Positions 8,301 to 18,106 of a stretch of DNA of 53,024 bases are shown piece by piece (position 1 is the first letter of the stretch; each line of letters begins with the position of its first letter). The stretch spans positions 1-53,024 of the IMG/VR virus record IMGVR_UViG_3300037961_002462; one strand, written 5' to 3'. The notes under the pieces were generated by a model, which searched no databases, was not told the origin of the DNA, and saw only the letters and a program-made list of their open reading frames with translations. The DNA is from a virus. Taxonomy: Duplodnaviria; Caudoviricetes. The position numbers and the translations under genes are program-made.

Positions 8301-11077
8301 TAGACAGTCCAGATAGTGCATTTGGTATGAATCCATATAATTATAGGTCGGGAGACCAAATAAGAATAGACGCTGTAATGAAGTTGGTCTATGATAATAG
8401 AACAGACTCCAATCAACAAAATAATGCTGGAGGTACTTATCCTTTTGGATATAGAAATCACAGTGGTAATAATGTTCCAGAATCCTCACCAACGGACCCA
8501 TCTCCGCCACCATCTTCTTTTACGGGTCCAAACATTGATGTTGTACAGGATGACGCTTTAACTACAGTTAGTGGGTCAGCTGAACACGATGAGCATGATT
8601 TGAAAGTAACTGGTAGAACAAGTGCTATCAAGTATAGTGATATGAGAAGTGAAGATGGTCGAGAAAAAAACTTTGCTCTATACGGTAAGTATTATATCTA
8701 CGATACGTATTATGGAATAGGAATGTCGGTAGATGGAGGTAATATATATACCTCAGGTGCACATGCTTCTTCTGCAACAAGTAGAGGTGATACAGGATAT
8801 AGACCGTCACAACATCATGATAAGTACACTTTAGATATTTTAGCTGCAAAAGAGATTGGAGATGGAGAAATATTATCTAATTCTTATTTTAAATCGGGAG
8901 TTTCAGGATTCGATTTAGGAAGATTAAGCGGATTTTCAAACAATACTTTAGGATACTGTCAGTGGGGTAGAAAATTACAAAACGAGAATAGTCTATCTTT
9001 TCTTGACGGTTCGTATAAAACAGCTGGGTGGTCAGTAAAATTTGCTCACATATATGGAAATCTTACAACCCCACCTAGTGATGTAAAAAATGCGGACTAT
9101 ACATATGACACCATGTCTACGATACAGCAGGGGTTAAGGAGTATAGTTTTACAAATAGATGGTGACGGAGGACACACAGGTAACAAAAGGGGATTATTAA
9201 ATCCCAGAAATTTATCAGCAGTTTTAGAAAATAGAAATTGGCATTCGAGAGGTACAGATGGTCAAAATTCAACTGCTACTATAGAAAAACCAACACTTTG
9301 GCAATCTGCTTTAGGAAATCCAAATGGCAATGCGAACGAACTGAAAGGAGAATATGGAAATAGAAGTTATATACCATTTAAATTTTTATGTAGTATTGTA
9401 CGTAATGTAACGCCATATGGAGGAGATTCAAAATCAGCAATAGAAAACACTAGGTTTATACCTTGTGGTAATTTTCATCCAATAACAAAAGATAGTTCTG
9501 GAAGTTCAGATGAAGCTCATTTATCTTCTGTTTATGGTGGAGACACGTATATAACATTTTATACCCATCAAAAAACAGCTTGTGTATATGAAGGCAATTC
9601 TGCTGCAAGATGGCAAATATTTCCTGTAGAATCTGAAACAAACACAGACATGAGAATGGGTAGACACCTATCAGCTGGTGATGTAAATACAGGAAATGAA
9701 AGTACATCAGATGGTCAATTCGTTACTAATGAGTGGCAATATAATGATGTATACTCACAACAAAACAACCTTAAATCAGCTATCATGGTAAATGAAGATG
9801 AGATATGTAAGTCTTTGGATTTAAGATACGAAATAGCATATAGTAATACAAAAATATCAGGAGAAAAAGAAGATTCTTTTAGAGTATTTGAATGGGCGAA
9901 TTTTCACGATATGGAAAGTTCATATGGTGAGATAACTAGACTAGTGAACTTTAGAAACGAGTTGTATGTATTACAAGAATCGTCTATATCTAAACTTTTA
10001 GTAAATCCAATATCTATGATAAAAGATGATTTAGGTACTACCATTAATGTAGGAACAGGGGATACTATTGAAAATCATTTATATATATCTACTAAGTTTG
10101 GTACAAGACACATGGACAGTGTTGTAGCCTCGCAAAACAATTTGTATTTTGTAGACAATAATTATGGCAAACTTTTAGCTTTTAATGGTGAGTCCTTAAA
10201 TATATTGTCAGACACTTTAGGACAAAGAGATTTTTTTAAGAAAACTATAACTGACAATAATTTAGAGTCATCAAGCATACCAGGATACGGAGCGTTAGCT
10301 GACACAGATAAATTTGGAAGAAACTTTTTCTGTGATAATCATTTGAAATACAATGGTATAACCAGCGCTTTTGATTATAAAAATAATGAACTTATAATAA
10401 CATTACATAGTTCTACTTTAGAAAAAGATAATACAAATGCAAGATATACTTCTAGAAAAACATCATATGATAATTTAGGAAACCAACATACTTTTAATAC
10501 AAAATCTAAAACAATAGTTTTTAGTGAAGCTTTAAACGCTTTTTCATCTTATTATAGTCACACCCCTAGAAAGTGGTATGAAATTGGAGGATATTTAGTA
10601 ACAGCAAAAGCAAATGTTAGTTTAGTTGATAATGCTGCAAACGCACTGGGTGTTTATGATAAAGACTTTTTATCTTTATGGAAATGGGACGACCACGTTA
10701 GTGACTATAAGACATTGTTCTTTGAGGATACAGACACGACAAAAGTTGAAGAAAGTTATATATTAAAAACTATTGCAGAAGCTCCACAAATAAGTAAAGT
10801 GTTTGATAATTGTAGAATTATAATGATTGGTACAAATCAAACTATAGATGACAGTACAATAGATTTCAATACAGAAATAACTGCTCAACAACTTATATTA
10901 GGTACAGATACTTCAGTAAAATATAGAGAGGGGGTGTTAAGATTTCCGCTTAGACAAGCACAAAGAAATTTACCAAGAATGAGAGGAACATATGTAAATA
11001 TAAAATACAGTACTAAAAGTACCGAAAAATTTAATATCTTTGCAATACTTGCAAAGTATAGACAATCATTTAATTAA
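5351..11077 (+). CDS. Tail stabilisation/muzzle protein (Tstab, P22 gp10-like), 1908 aa
   Basis: FTGGMVSDANP...YRDALNIRI start, IYWTDNINPLRSLNI, GYRRGELYRFGV, YGGD, YGEITRL and RMRGTY end are characteristic of crAss-like Tstab; synteny agrees. Confidence 0.8.
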   Translation: MAEQRGNKPVSQPQAFTGGMVSDANPRFQPKGSYRDALNIRIINDEGNTFSVENIEGNKKFLDLTDIDIFKDPKTLDSNNNEVGPGTPTGGLSTFNSHDASIVGHYSYSSNVIFIVLKTVSNYDWDAVTETIFLDVKFNANLEVESVTDLYVCYDHQNVSRYPRLNMRLDHPVRVEGLIENECISRIYWTDNINPLRSLNINQRGKNLLSPDVLDLTPMHSPSQPVIERTLSGSLPIGKIQYCYKYVSRNGGESVMSPFSNLYHTTNKSGTYSGFYGAPSGDPAVDVGAQGFEITIYDLDDSFDAIELYAILHEQNNGGIRVAFVSVQNYQPNSTEVTFSHTNWSGDLENGIDAILIENNTWDVTKDIAIKDNILFAGNLRTRDNSISEREWNVKVRRYNVVEPSGSGNVGRITTTDSDIKEYQKTSGVVTEVTPSLGQTWDDGSPKWRTYKGQGSISTNSNIRDDGRVDVQKKQSHEFRYLSDGITLGAESYNYDSNELGGCRITFGIRERELDSQNNTNKIPFINAGSYQDIQTDNITDGGTNNTDNVYQSSINLGGSKDPAIGDRVGYRRGELYRFGVQIYDKKGRPGNVLWIGDIEMPEQYDPLRMLRTNASTYSPDLSTSDLLSNSLLKSSKYAQDHRTSFIYGSVVPGCEVAWLTKANNYTKRFQTPGAQLTYGTNYNDINISPNTITNSGGGVDLHETYVNLNGSSTHGDISVPTPKTIAAQASVSNSARPKEFTFRQSMTGHDDTHYALDLYVNFEFRIPEDVRDKISGFRVVRAERTSSDKSIIQQGILNQTIAYGHTKLSRGYDQMSKIKSEHHADGTDAIANDDNSEPTKHLNYDSYLNGYIGLAENSNYARQEVNYSEGTKLITGADQDNNVFGKSDYEEASVHGTGGAMVYHRDSDYTKFNSGDTRTPGTQHKQRRHSAYFGSYEVIPNTDYQKVLNLEAGVDGTGNTTTYPEHVSQGGISLPVQGSIFTLDSPDSAFGMNPYNYRSGDQIRIDAVMKLVYDNRTDSNQQNNAGGTYPFGYRNHSGNNVPESSPTDPSPPPSSFTGPNIDVVQDDALTTVSGSAEHDEHDLKVTGRTSAIKYSDMRSEDGREKNFALYGKYYIYDTYYGIGMSVDGGNIYTSGAHASSATSRGDTGYRPSQHHDKYTLDILAAKEIGDGEILSNSYFKSGVSGFDLGRLSGFSNNTLGYCQWGRKLQNENSLSFLDGSYKTAGWSVKFAHIYGNLTTPPSDVKNADYTYDTMSTIQQGLRSIVLQIDGDGGHTGNKRGLLNPRNLSAVLENRNWHSRGTDGQNSTATIEKPTLWQSALGNPNGNANELKGEYGNRSYIPFKFLCSIVRNVTPYGGDSKSAIENTRFIPCGNFHPITKDSSGSSDEAHLSSVYGGDTYITFYTHQKTACVYEGNSAARWQIFPVESETNTDMRMGRHLSAGDVNTGNESTSDGQFVTNEWQYNDVYSQQNNLKSAIMVNEDEICKSLDLRYEIAYSNTKISGEKEDSFRVFEWANFHDMESSYGEITRLVNFRNELYVLQESSISKLLVNPISMIKDDLGTTINVGTGDTIENHLYISTKFGTRHMDSVVASQNNLYFVDNNYGKLLAFNGESLNILSDTLGQRDFFKKTITDNNLESSSIPGYGALADTDKFGRNFFCDNHLKYNGITSAFDYKNNELIITLHSSTLEKDNTNARYTSRKTSYDNLGNQHTFNTKSKTIVFSEALNAFSSYYSHTPRKWYEIGGYLVTAKANVSLVDNAANALGVYDKDFLSLWKWDDHVSDYKTLFFEDTDTTKVEESYILKTIAEAPQISKVFDNCRIIMIGTNQTIDDSTIDFNTEITAQQLILGTDTSVKYREGVLRFPLRQAQRNLPRMRGTYVNIKYSTKSTEKFNIFAILAKYRQSFN
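11035..11042 (+). promoter_or_regulatory. Bacteroidota -7 promoter element upstream of the cargo/vRNAP genes
   Basis: TATCTTTGCA inside the 3' end of Tstab, about 40 nt before ATG 11083. Confidence 0.5.
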
Positions 11078-11082
11078 TAATT

Positions 11083-12333
11083 ATGCCAAGTTACGTAGAT
11101 ATACTAAGACAATACCAAGATAGGAATAGAGTCACAAGACAATATCAACCTACCAATCCATTTTCTTCATCAGCATATATGGACGAGGGAGCAACAGATG
11201 CTCTTTCTCAAGCTAGAACAGAAGAAGCTCAGATGAATCCTATGATTACGAGTGACATGTATACAGAGCCTACAAATGTAGATAGAGCTATGTCAGCTTA
11301 TGAAAACATAGGTAGATTGGATAAAATAACTGAAAGTGAAGGCATACAAAATATAGCAGAAAAAATTGGAGGACAAACAAAAGTAAATGTACCATTAAAT
11401 CCAAATAACCCATTGTATAATGTAGGAAAAGAATATACTGAAATTGCGACACAAGGATTTACAGGCCCATATGCAGCAACGGAAACAGCTGCAACAGTAA
11501 ATCCACTTGATATGTATACAGCGAAAGATGTTGTATCATATAATATACCAGGATTGAATCCTGAGGGTATAATAAACCCTAGTAACACTGGAGCTATAGC
11601 GGCTATAGCTTATGGTTTAGCAAGTGATAACAATCCATATACTTACGATACAAAAGAAGCTATAGGTATGGGTATAGGAGATTACATGACAGGAGCAAAA
11701 GCTTCATCTTTATTAGGTTTAACTTCAAACCCAGCATTAATGGCAGCCGCTCCATATGTTCCTTTAGTAGCGGCAGGGTTAGGGTATTTATTTAGAAAAG
11801 GAAGGTCAAGAAGAAAACAAAAAGAAGAAGCTAGTGCGCAGGGTGATGTTCAAAGTAGATATGAAAATCTTGTAGATGAACAAAGAAGACGTATATCAAA
11901 TGACCAAATGGCGTCTAGAGGTGATGTTGGAAATACTATGTATGGAGGATATATGTATAATACTGGTGGTAAAAAATTGAATAATATTACAGCAGAGTTT
12001 ACTGGAAACGAATTGATAGTAAATGACCAGGATATTGTAGAACAGGGATTAAAAGAAGGTAACTTTAAGAAAGCGGCTGGACCAATAAGAAAAGCTATGA
12101 AAGGTGGAATGATTACACCTGGTGAAGAGTCACACAAAAACAATCCGATGCCTGTTACATCAGACGGTACTATATATGCTGGAGGTGGACCATTAAAATT
12201 CAAAGTAGGTGATGGAGCTGGTATATATGACCATGCTACTGACCAGTTTAAAGAAGATATGTCAGATAAACAAATTGCAAAGGTGGCAATGAAGAATATA
12301 AAAAAGTGGAAAAAAAATAATATGTATTCATAA
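11083..12333 (+). CDS. Ejected cargo protein 1 (membrane-inserting, 416 aa)
   Basis: First gene after the muzzle; Gly/Ala-rich hydrophobic segment (ALMAAAPYVPLVAAGLGYLF) followed by a basic coiled coil; C-terminal AEFTGNE...SHKNNPMPV domain. Confidence 0.55.
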   Translation: MPSYVDILRQYQDRNRVTRQYQPTNPFSSSAYMDEGATDALSQARTEEAQMNPMITSDMYTEPTNVDRAMSAYENIGRLDKITESEGIQNIAEKIGGQTKVNVPLNPNNPLYNVGKEYTEIATQGFTGPYAATETAATVNPLDMYTAKDVVSYNIPGLNPEGIINPSNTGAIAAIAYGLASDNNPYTYDTKEAIGMGIGDYMTGAKASSLLGLTSNPALMAAAPYVPLVAAGLGYLFRKGRSRRKQKEEASAQGDVQSRYENLVDEQRRRISNDQMASRGDVGNTMYGGYMYNTGGKKLNNITAEFTGNELIVNDQDIVEQGLKEGNFKKAAGPIRKAMKGGMITPGEESHKNNPMPVTSDGTIYAGGGPLKFKVGDGAGIYDHATDQFKEDMSDKQIAKVAMKNIKKWKKNNMYS

Positions 12334-15300
12334 TGGCAGAAAAGAAAAAGTCAGGTAAAATAACTGAAAAGTATCCTGGTGACACTGAAAGAGTTGTCAG
12401 ACCAGAATTAGCTGAGGCTCTAAAAGACTTATTAGCTTATGGAATAGATATTAGCGTAACAAGTCTACGAAGGGTAGAAAGGGGAGACAGGTCAAGATGG
12501 ATACACAGCGCGCATAGTACAGGCGCAGCTTTTGATTTAGTGCATAGTGATAACAGTGCATTTTTTGAGTTTTTATTTAACGACCCAAACGCTGACCCAC
12601 CTTTAATACAATTTGATAAGGATAATTTCAATTCAAAAGATATGAAAAATTGGAAATTATCTCCAAAAGCAGAGGTATGGTGTAAAAAACACAATATCAT
12701 GGTTTTTGATGAGTATAATGTTCCAAACAGTGGAAAAGGAGGTAGGAGGGTAATTTCCGACCATTTACATATTGAGGTTCAAACAAAAGATGGAAACTCA
12801 ATACGTAGACAGGGCAAAACAAAAATAAGAACTGATTATGATGAAAATTTTGGTGAAAGAAAAAACCTCAATAGAACAATGGACGATGGGTATGGTGCTT
12901 ACAAAGATGTTTATGAGGGTACAGGATATTGGGGACAAAACGATGAACAATTTACAACCAATGAATATAACTCAACACCAGAGTACAAAGAAAATATAGA
13001 ACAAAATGCTGATGACCACGATTATAATACAGGTTTAAAAGATGAAATATATATAGATATAGATAAGTTATCTGAAGACGCAAAAACTCGTGTAGATAAT
13101 AACGACATCCCGACATTTGAAAGTACACCAACCAACACGCATGAACTTGTTTTAGACACTTATACTGACGAACGAGGTAGTAATTTGTTACCAAGTATAA
13201 TATCAGATTTAGAATCAAAAGGGTATAAGGTAGAAACAAGAAAAGACAAAAATGGTAAGTTAAATCAAGATGTTATTTATTTTGAAAATGAAGAAGACGC
13301 AAACAAAGCGAGGGATTATGTAAGAAATCAAGTTACATATGATGGTAGTTTAGATGTTTATACACAAAAAATACAAACAACAACACAACAACCTACAGAT
13401 GAAACTACTACACCTGAAACTACTACACCTGAAACAACAAATAATCAAATAACAATTGTTGTAGAAAATAATAGAGATTTTGAAGAAAACCCAATAACAA
13501 AAGAAGAAGTACAGAATGTAGTCAATTATCAAAGAGATAGTGACCAATTAAAACAAGATTTTAAAGACGGAAAATTACCTTATAATTCTTTGTTTATAAT
13601 TGATGGTGTTTTATATAAAAAAGGTTTCGATGATTCAGTTCATGAGTACGATAGAGAAAGTCGTACATTCGATGACCAAAGACAGTTCCCTACTGTAATT
13701 GACGACCTAGAATTTGATGAATTACCAGTACCAACACCTGAAGACCCAGGTGACGCGATAAAAGAATTTGAAAATAGAGGAAAATCGAGAGAAAATGAAG
13801 ATGTTGAAGAAATAATAGAACCAGAAGAAGAATTTCCTGAACCAATATCTAAACCAAATAGAACAGATTATCCACTTGACCCAAACAAAAAAAGTGAAGG
13901 TAGGTTTAATCCCCTTACAAAAGGTAAGACATATAATGAAGCTTTAGAAGAATATAACAAACAAGAAGCAGAACGAAAAGAAAGGGAAGAAAGAGTTAAA
14001 AGAGAAACAACTACTGTAACACCATCTGACACTGATGAAAATCGTAATATTATAGCTGAAGACGATAGTGACAACGAATTTTTAACCAATGAATTAAATA
14101 AAATAGCTGAAGAAGCAGGTAGTAACAAAAGGTTAGAAAATAATAAAGTAGTAACTGTTGAAGAAGATGAGAAACAGGAAACAAAAGAAACAGAAGAAAC
14201 AGAAGAAACAGTAATATCAATCGAAGAAGTAGTCAAGAATGACTATATGAATGATAAGGGTTATACTAGTGAAGACCAATTAACTGAAGAAGACAAACAA
14301 TTTATACAAGCAGAATTAGAAAACGCTTCATTGGATGAAGAAGCAGTAAAAAAACAAGTACAAGATAAAATAAGAGGGGATACATACTTACAAGAAAAAT
14401 ATCAAGGTATGGACATTAATGATATTATTATGTCCCCTACTTTTGGTAATGATTTTGCAGATATTTATGACAATATAGTAGTTGGGGATACCGAACAAAA
14501 GACTGTTGAAAATGAAACAACAGGAACTGTCGAAACAACTGGAGATACAGAAACAACAGAATTTGAAGGAGAAAGATATGGTGATTCGGAAAGAGAAATA
14601 CTAGATTATATTTTTCAAGCTTCGGATGAAGATTTAGATAAATTAAAACAATTAAAAAAAGATAGAAATTTTATTACCAAAAATAAAGTAGGTAATGATA
14701 AAATATTAAAAGCGGCAGACGAAGACACGGCGGGTTCTGGAAAAGTTACATCAGAACAATATTACGAATTAGACTCTAGTCTAAGAAATGATTACACAGA
14801 AGTTATAGACTGGAACACGGGGGAGTCTTTTTACATTAGAACGGATTGGATAAATAGGTCTGAAGGACAAAGAGCTAATGATTTACGTAGAAAAAGAGAA
14901 TCGGGCTCTATAACTGCAGAGGAAATAGAAGAGTTAGAAAAATTAGATACTGGTTATCACATACGTGATGTATTGACAAGGGCTGACGTATATATGAATA
15001 CAAAAGGACATCCTGGAGGTCAAACAAAACAATATACAGGAGGTTTAGAAGAGGTTAATCAATTTATAAATAATAGAAGAACATTAATAATTGAAACTGG
15101 TAAAGACCCAGAAATACAATTATCGCCTGAACAAACAGAAATATACAATAAGGTTATAGATGAAAACTATGATGAATCCAATTTAGAAACAGATTTTGAA
15201 ATATTTTACAATCAACCTATTGTTTACAGAACACAGATAGTAGATGAGGATGGCAGAATCACATATGAAGGAGATGAATTTTTAACAACACCTTCAGATG

Positions 15301-16073
15301 TTACAACTACTGTAACGGGACCGCCAACAACAGATACAGATAAACAACAAATACCACCTGTAGTTACTAGAGAAGATGTAAGAACTTTGGGAGATATAGG
15401 GCAAGAGGTTTTAAAAGGTACTATGGCGGCAGCAAGAGGTGTTCTAGATGCTTTTGGTGGTCCAGACGCTTTAGTTAGTGCTGTAATGGGTAAAAAAGCT
15501 TTAGGTGTAGCAATGCAAGATTTAAACCCACAAGAGAAAGCTAAATTAAGTCCTATGTTTAACGAACAGTTAAGACAGTCTAAAGAGTTAACTAAGAGAG
15601 GATTTCACCCATCACAAGAAAGAAAAATAAGAAAGGATATATCACAAGCTTACAATCAAGGTTTGGACAATGCTGTAAGAGGTACAGCTGGAGACAGAGC
15701 AAAGTTTTTAGCTACGTCAGGAATTTTAGATAGAAATAGAGCTTCGGCATTGTTAGAGTTTGCAGCGTTAGATTCACAACAACAGATTGCAAATCAAGAT
15801 AGATATAATCAATTATTACAATTTAAAGAAACATTTGACGCACAACAAAAAGAAAGTTTAAGAAGTGAAAATCTTGAGTTGGCGTTAGCAAATAAAAAAG
15901 CAGCCTCACAATTTGCTGGTATTGCACTGGGAGATACTATGTCAAGATTAAGTGATTTAGCTGATAATGAAATTAATAGAGCTTTAAAAAACGAAATGTT
16001 TAATAGGTATAACTATATGTTTAATACAGATAAAACAAATCCGTATCTTACAAGTACAATAAATCCAGAATAA
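12333..16073 (+). CDS. Ejected cargo protein 2 with N-terminal M15-type Zn-peptidase (virion-associated peptidoglycan hydrolase), 1246 aa
   Basis: SAHSTGAAFD (SxHxxGxAxD) at 12507-12536 and DHLHIE at 12759-12776; long acidic E/T-rich middle; helical C-terminus. Confidence 0.6.
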   Translation: MAEKKKSGKITEKYPGDTERVVRPELAEALKDLLAYGIDISVTSLRRVERGDRSRWIHSAHSTGAAFDLVHSDNSAFFEFLFNDPNADPPLIQFDKDNFNSKDMKNWKLSPKAEVWCKKHNIMVFDEYNVPNSGKGGRRVISDHLHIEVQTKDGNSIRRQGKTKIRTDYDENFGERKNLNRTMDDGYGAYKDVYEGTGYWGQNDEQFTTNEYNSTPEYKENIEQNADDHDYNTGLKDEIYIDIDKLSEDAKTRVDNNDIPTFESTPTNTHELVLDTYTDERGSNLLPSIISDLESKGYKVETRKDKNGKLNQDVIYFENEEDANKARDYVRNQVTYDGSLDVYTQKIQTTTQQPTDETTTPETTTPETTNNQITIVVENNRDFEENPITKEEVQNVVNYQRDSDQLKQDFKDGKLPYNSLFIIDGVLYKKGFDDSVHEYDRESRTFDDQRQFPTVIDDLEFDELPVPTPEDPGDAIKEFENRGKSRENEDVEEIIEPEEEFPEPISKPNRTDYPLDPNKKSEGRFNPLTKGKTYNEALEEYNKQEAERKEREERVKRETTTVTPSDTDENRNIIAEDDSDNEFLTNELNKIAEEAGSNKRLENNKVVTVEEDEKQETKETEETEETVISIEEVVKNDYMNDKGYTSEDQLTEEDKQFIQAELENASLDEEAVKKQVQDKIRGDTYLQEKYQGMDINDIIMSPTFGNDFADIYDNIVVGDTEQKTVENETTGTVETTGDTETTEFEGERYGDSEREILDYIFQASDEDLDKLKQLKKDRNFITKNKVGNDKILKAADEDTAGSGKVTSEQYYELDSSLRNDYTEVIDWNTGESFYIRTDWINRSEGQRANDLRRKRESGSITAEEIEELEKLDTGYHIRDVLTRADVYMNTKGHPGGQTKQYTGGLEEVNQFINNRRTLIIETGKDPEIQLSPEQTEIYNKVIDENYDESNLETDFEIFYNQPIVYRTQIVDEDGRITYEGDEFLTTPSDVTTTVTGPPTTDTDKQQIPPVVTREDVRTLGDIGQEVLKGTMAAARGVLDAFGGPDALVSAVMGKKALGVAMQDLNPQEKAKLSPMFNEQLRQSKELTKRGFHPSQERKIRKDISQAYNQGLDNAVRGTAGDRAKFLATSGILDRNRASALLEFAALDSQQQIANQDRYNQLLQFKETFDAQQKESLRSENLELALANKKAASQFAGIALGDTMSRLSDLADNEINRALKNEMFNRYNYMFNTDKTNPYLTSTINPE
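13401..13439 (+). repeat. 15-nt in-frame tandem repeat (ETTTP x2.6) in a linker
   Basis: GAAACTACTACACCT GAAACTACTACACCT GAAACAACA. Confidence 0.85.
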
Positions 16074-16074
16074 T

Positions 16075-18105
16075 ATGGCATTAGATTTTTCATACTACAA
16101 TGCTTTAACTAGTGGGTACCAAAACTCACAACAACGTAGAGCGATTAGACAACAAGAAGAAAATAGACAGTTACAACAATTACAAATGTTGCAACAACAA
16201 CAGCAACAAAATGTACAAAACCAACAACAAATGCAACAGCAGATAATGCAGGCGGAACAGTTGGTTCAAAAGATAACTGGAAGTAAATTTGGTAGACAAA
16301 AAGATATAGACGATATGAAAAAGTGGTCGTCTGAATACTCTGGGTGGAATGACATAAAACAAATTATTAAAGATTATAATGGTGACTATACTGCCGCAAG
16401 AACATATGGTAACTTAGACCATTATGTTAATTTGTATAAAATGAAAATTAACAACCCTGATTCAGACCCAATGCAGGGTAATCCTATATTACAAAGAGTA
16501 CAACAAAACACAAATAATCTTACACAATTTTTAACTACCTATATGAGTCCAGAAGATAGAGGCCTTCTGTTTAAAGACGATATAATAAATTATCAAAAGT
16601 GGCAAGCAGGTGAAATAGATGATTTTGTATATAATGGACAAAGAAATGAGTATGATATTGAGTCACTTATGGAAGCTACAACCCGAGGCACTGATATAAC
16701 AGTTGACGATATGATTGACGCAAACATAAACGCTGTTATACACGACGCTTCAAGAATAACTGGTTTGCCTGCAGAACATTTTATGAACAACCGACACAAC
16801 TTAAAACAATGGTTTGTTAGAGAAATGGGAATTAATCAAAATGTTGTTGGTGTGGGTCAAAAAGATATAAGCACAGATTACGCAAGTGAGTTTAAAAATA
16901 GTTTAGAAAAGTTACCAAAACATCTTGGTGATAATGTAGGTAAGGCTATATTAACTGTTGAAGATATATATGATTTAGAAGATGAGGGTGTTACACTAAA
17001 ACAATTATTTGAATTACCATTTGAAGGAACATTTTACAGTGACAATTGGGAAAGAATGGGAGGATACAATTCTGGTAAACAAGCACATAGTAAATTAGGT
17101 GGTACTAATTTGGTATACCAGGGTCATCAGGGTATAACCTCTGGACAAATACTTACAGACAGAGCTTTACAAGTAGGTGTATTAAAAAGTCAATATGGCG
17201 AAAGATATAGTCCAGATGGTACAATACAAAATTTAAATGTAAACGGGTTGTACGCTGAAAATGGTAACAGAATTGGAGAAGATGATATAGCAAATCCAAA
17301 TTGGAATTTTACACAAACTATATTTGGATATGAACAACAAAATATGGATTTTAAATACAATGGTACATTTATAGGAATGAGAATTAAGTTCATAAACAAT
17401 CAGTCAGGTAAAGAAGAGTCTATATTGTTAACTAGGGATAGTGATGCTTCAGATATTAAAAAAATAAGAGAACAATATGGAGATAAACCTGTAGAGTTTG
17501 TAATGATAAATGAATTAATAGATGAAGATGCTTTAAGTTCTGATGACCCATATTATGATGTTATAGAGTTAGATAATGTGGCGTTTAGACAAGAATTAAA
17601 TAAAAATACGAACCCAGAAGGTTTGAGTGCAGTAATAAATCAATCTTTAAGTAACGAAGAAAAAATTAAATTACAAGAAATAAAAAATAAGAAAAGATTA
17701 CAAATAACGACACAACTTGCAGATGTATATACAAATGGAGATAATGAAGTATTAGACCAAGTAGCTCAATCATATTCACAATCTATAGGTGGTAGTTTAG
17801 TAATATCTGGATTTGATTTACAAGAATCTGTAAAATTACAACCTATTATGATGAGTTATTTGTTAGCTGAAGCCGAAAGAATATCTGAAGGAGATACAGA
17901 TAAAGTAAATGAAAACTTCAGACAAATGACAACCAATTTACCTAATTTATTAAATACAAGTAATTATCAACAAATGAGAAAAGCCATGCAAGAGGGACCT
18001 GATGCGTTTATAAACTTCTTAAAAAAGAACATGGATAAGAAAACTTTTAGTAAATTTACAGCAGTTAACAGGGATTGGAATAAATATTTCAGATTAAGCA
18101 AATAA
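16075..18105 (+). CDS. Ejected cargo protein 3 (676 aa) with Gln-rich N-terminal coiled coil
   Basis: Lies between cargo 2 and the vRNAP; QQLQMLQQQQQQNVQNQQQMQQQ tract; 1-nt spacing to both neighbours. Confidence 0.55.
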   Translation: MALDFSYYNALTSGYQNSQQRRAIRQQEENRQLQQLQMLQQQQQQNVQNQQQMQQQIMQAEQLVQKITGSKFGRQKDIDDMKKWSSEYSGWNDIKQIIKDYNGDYTAARTYGNLDHYVNLYKMKINNPDSDPMQGNPILQRVQQNTNNLTQFLTTYMSPEDRGLLFKDDIINYQKWQAGEIDDFVYNGQRNEYDIESLMEATTRGTDITVDDMIDANINAVIHDASRITGLPAEHFMNNRHNLKQWFVREMGINQNVVGVGQKDISTDYASEFKNSLEKLPKHLGDNVGKAILTVEDIYDLEDEGVTLKQLFELPFEGTFYSDNWERMGGYNSGKQAHSKLGGTNLVYQGHQGITSGQILTDRALQVGVLKSQYGERYSPDGTIQNLNVNGLYAENGNRIGEDDIANPNWNFTQTIFGYEQQNMDFKYNGTFIGMRIKFINNQSGKEESILLTRDSDASDIKKIREQYGDKPVEFVMINELIDEDALSSDDPYYDVIELDNVAFRQELNKNTNPEGLSAVINQSLSNEEKIKLQEIKNKKRLQITTQLADVYTNGDNEVLDQVAQSYSQSIGGSLVISGFDLQESVKLQPIMMSYLLAEAERISEGDTDKVNENFRQMTTNLPNLLNTSNYQQMRKAMQEGPDAFINFLKKNMDKKTFSKFTAVNRDWNKYFRLSK

Positions 18106-18106
18106 T

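Noticed and set aside
16130-16260. CAA/CAG-rich tract as a DNA-level repeat element
   Set aside because: Explained by a Gln-rich coiled coil in the cargo protein, with mixed codons.
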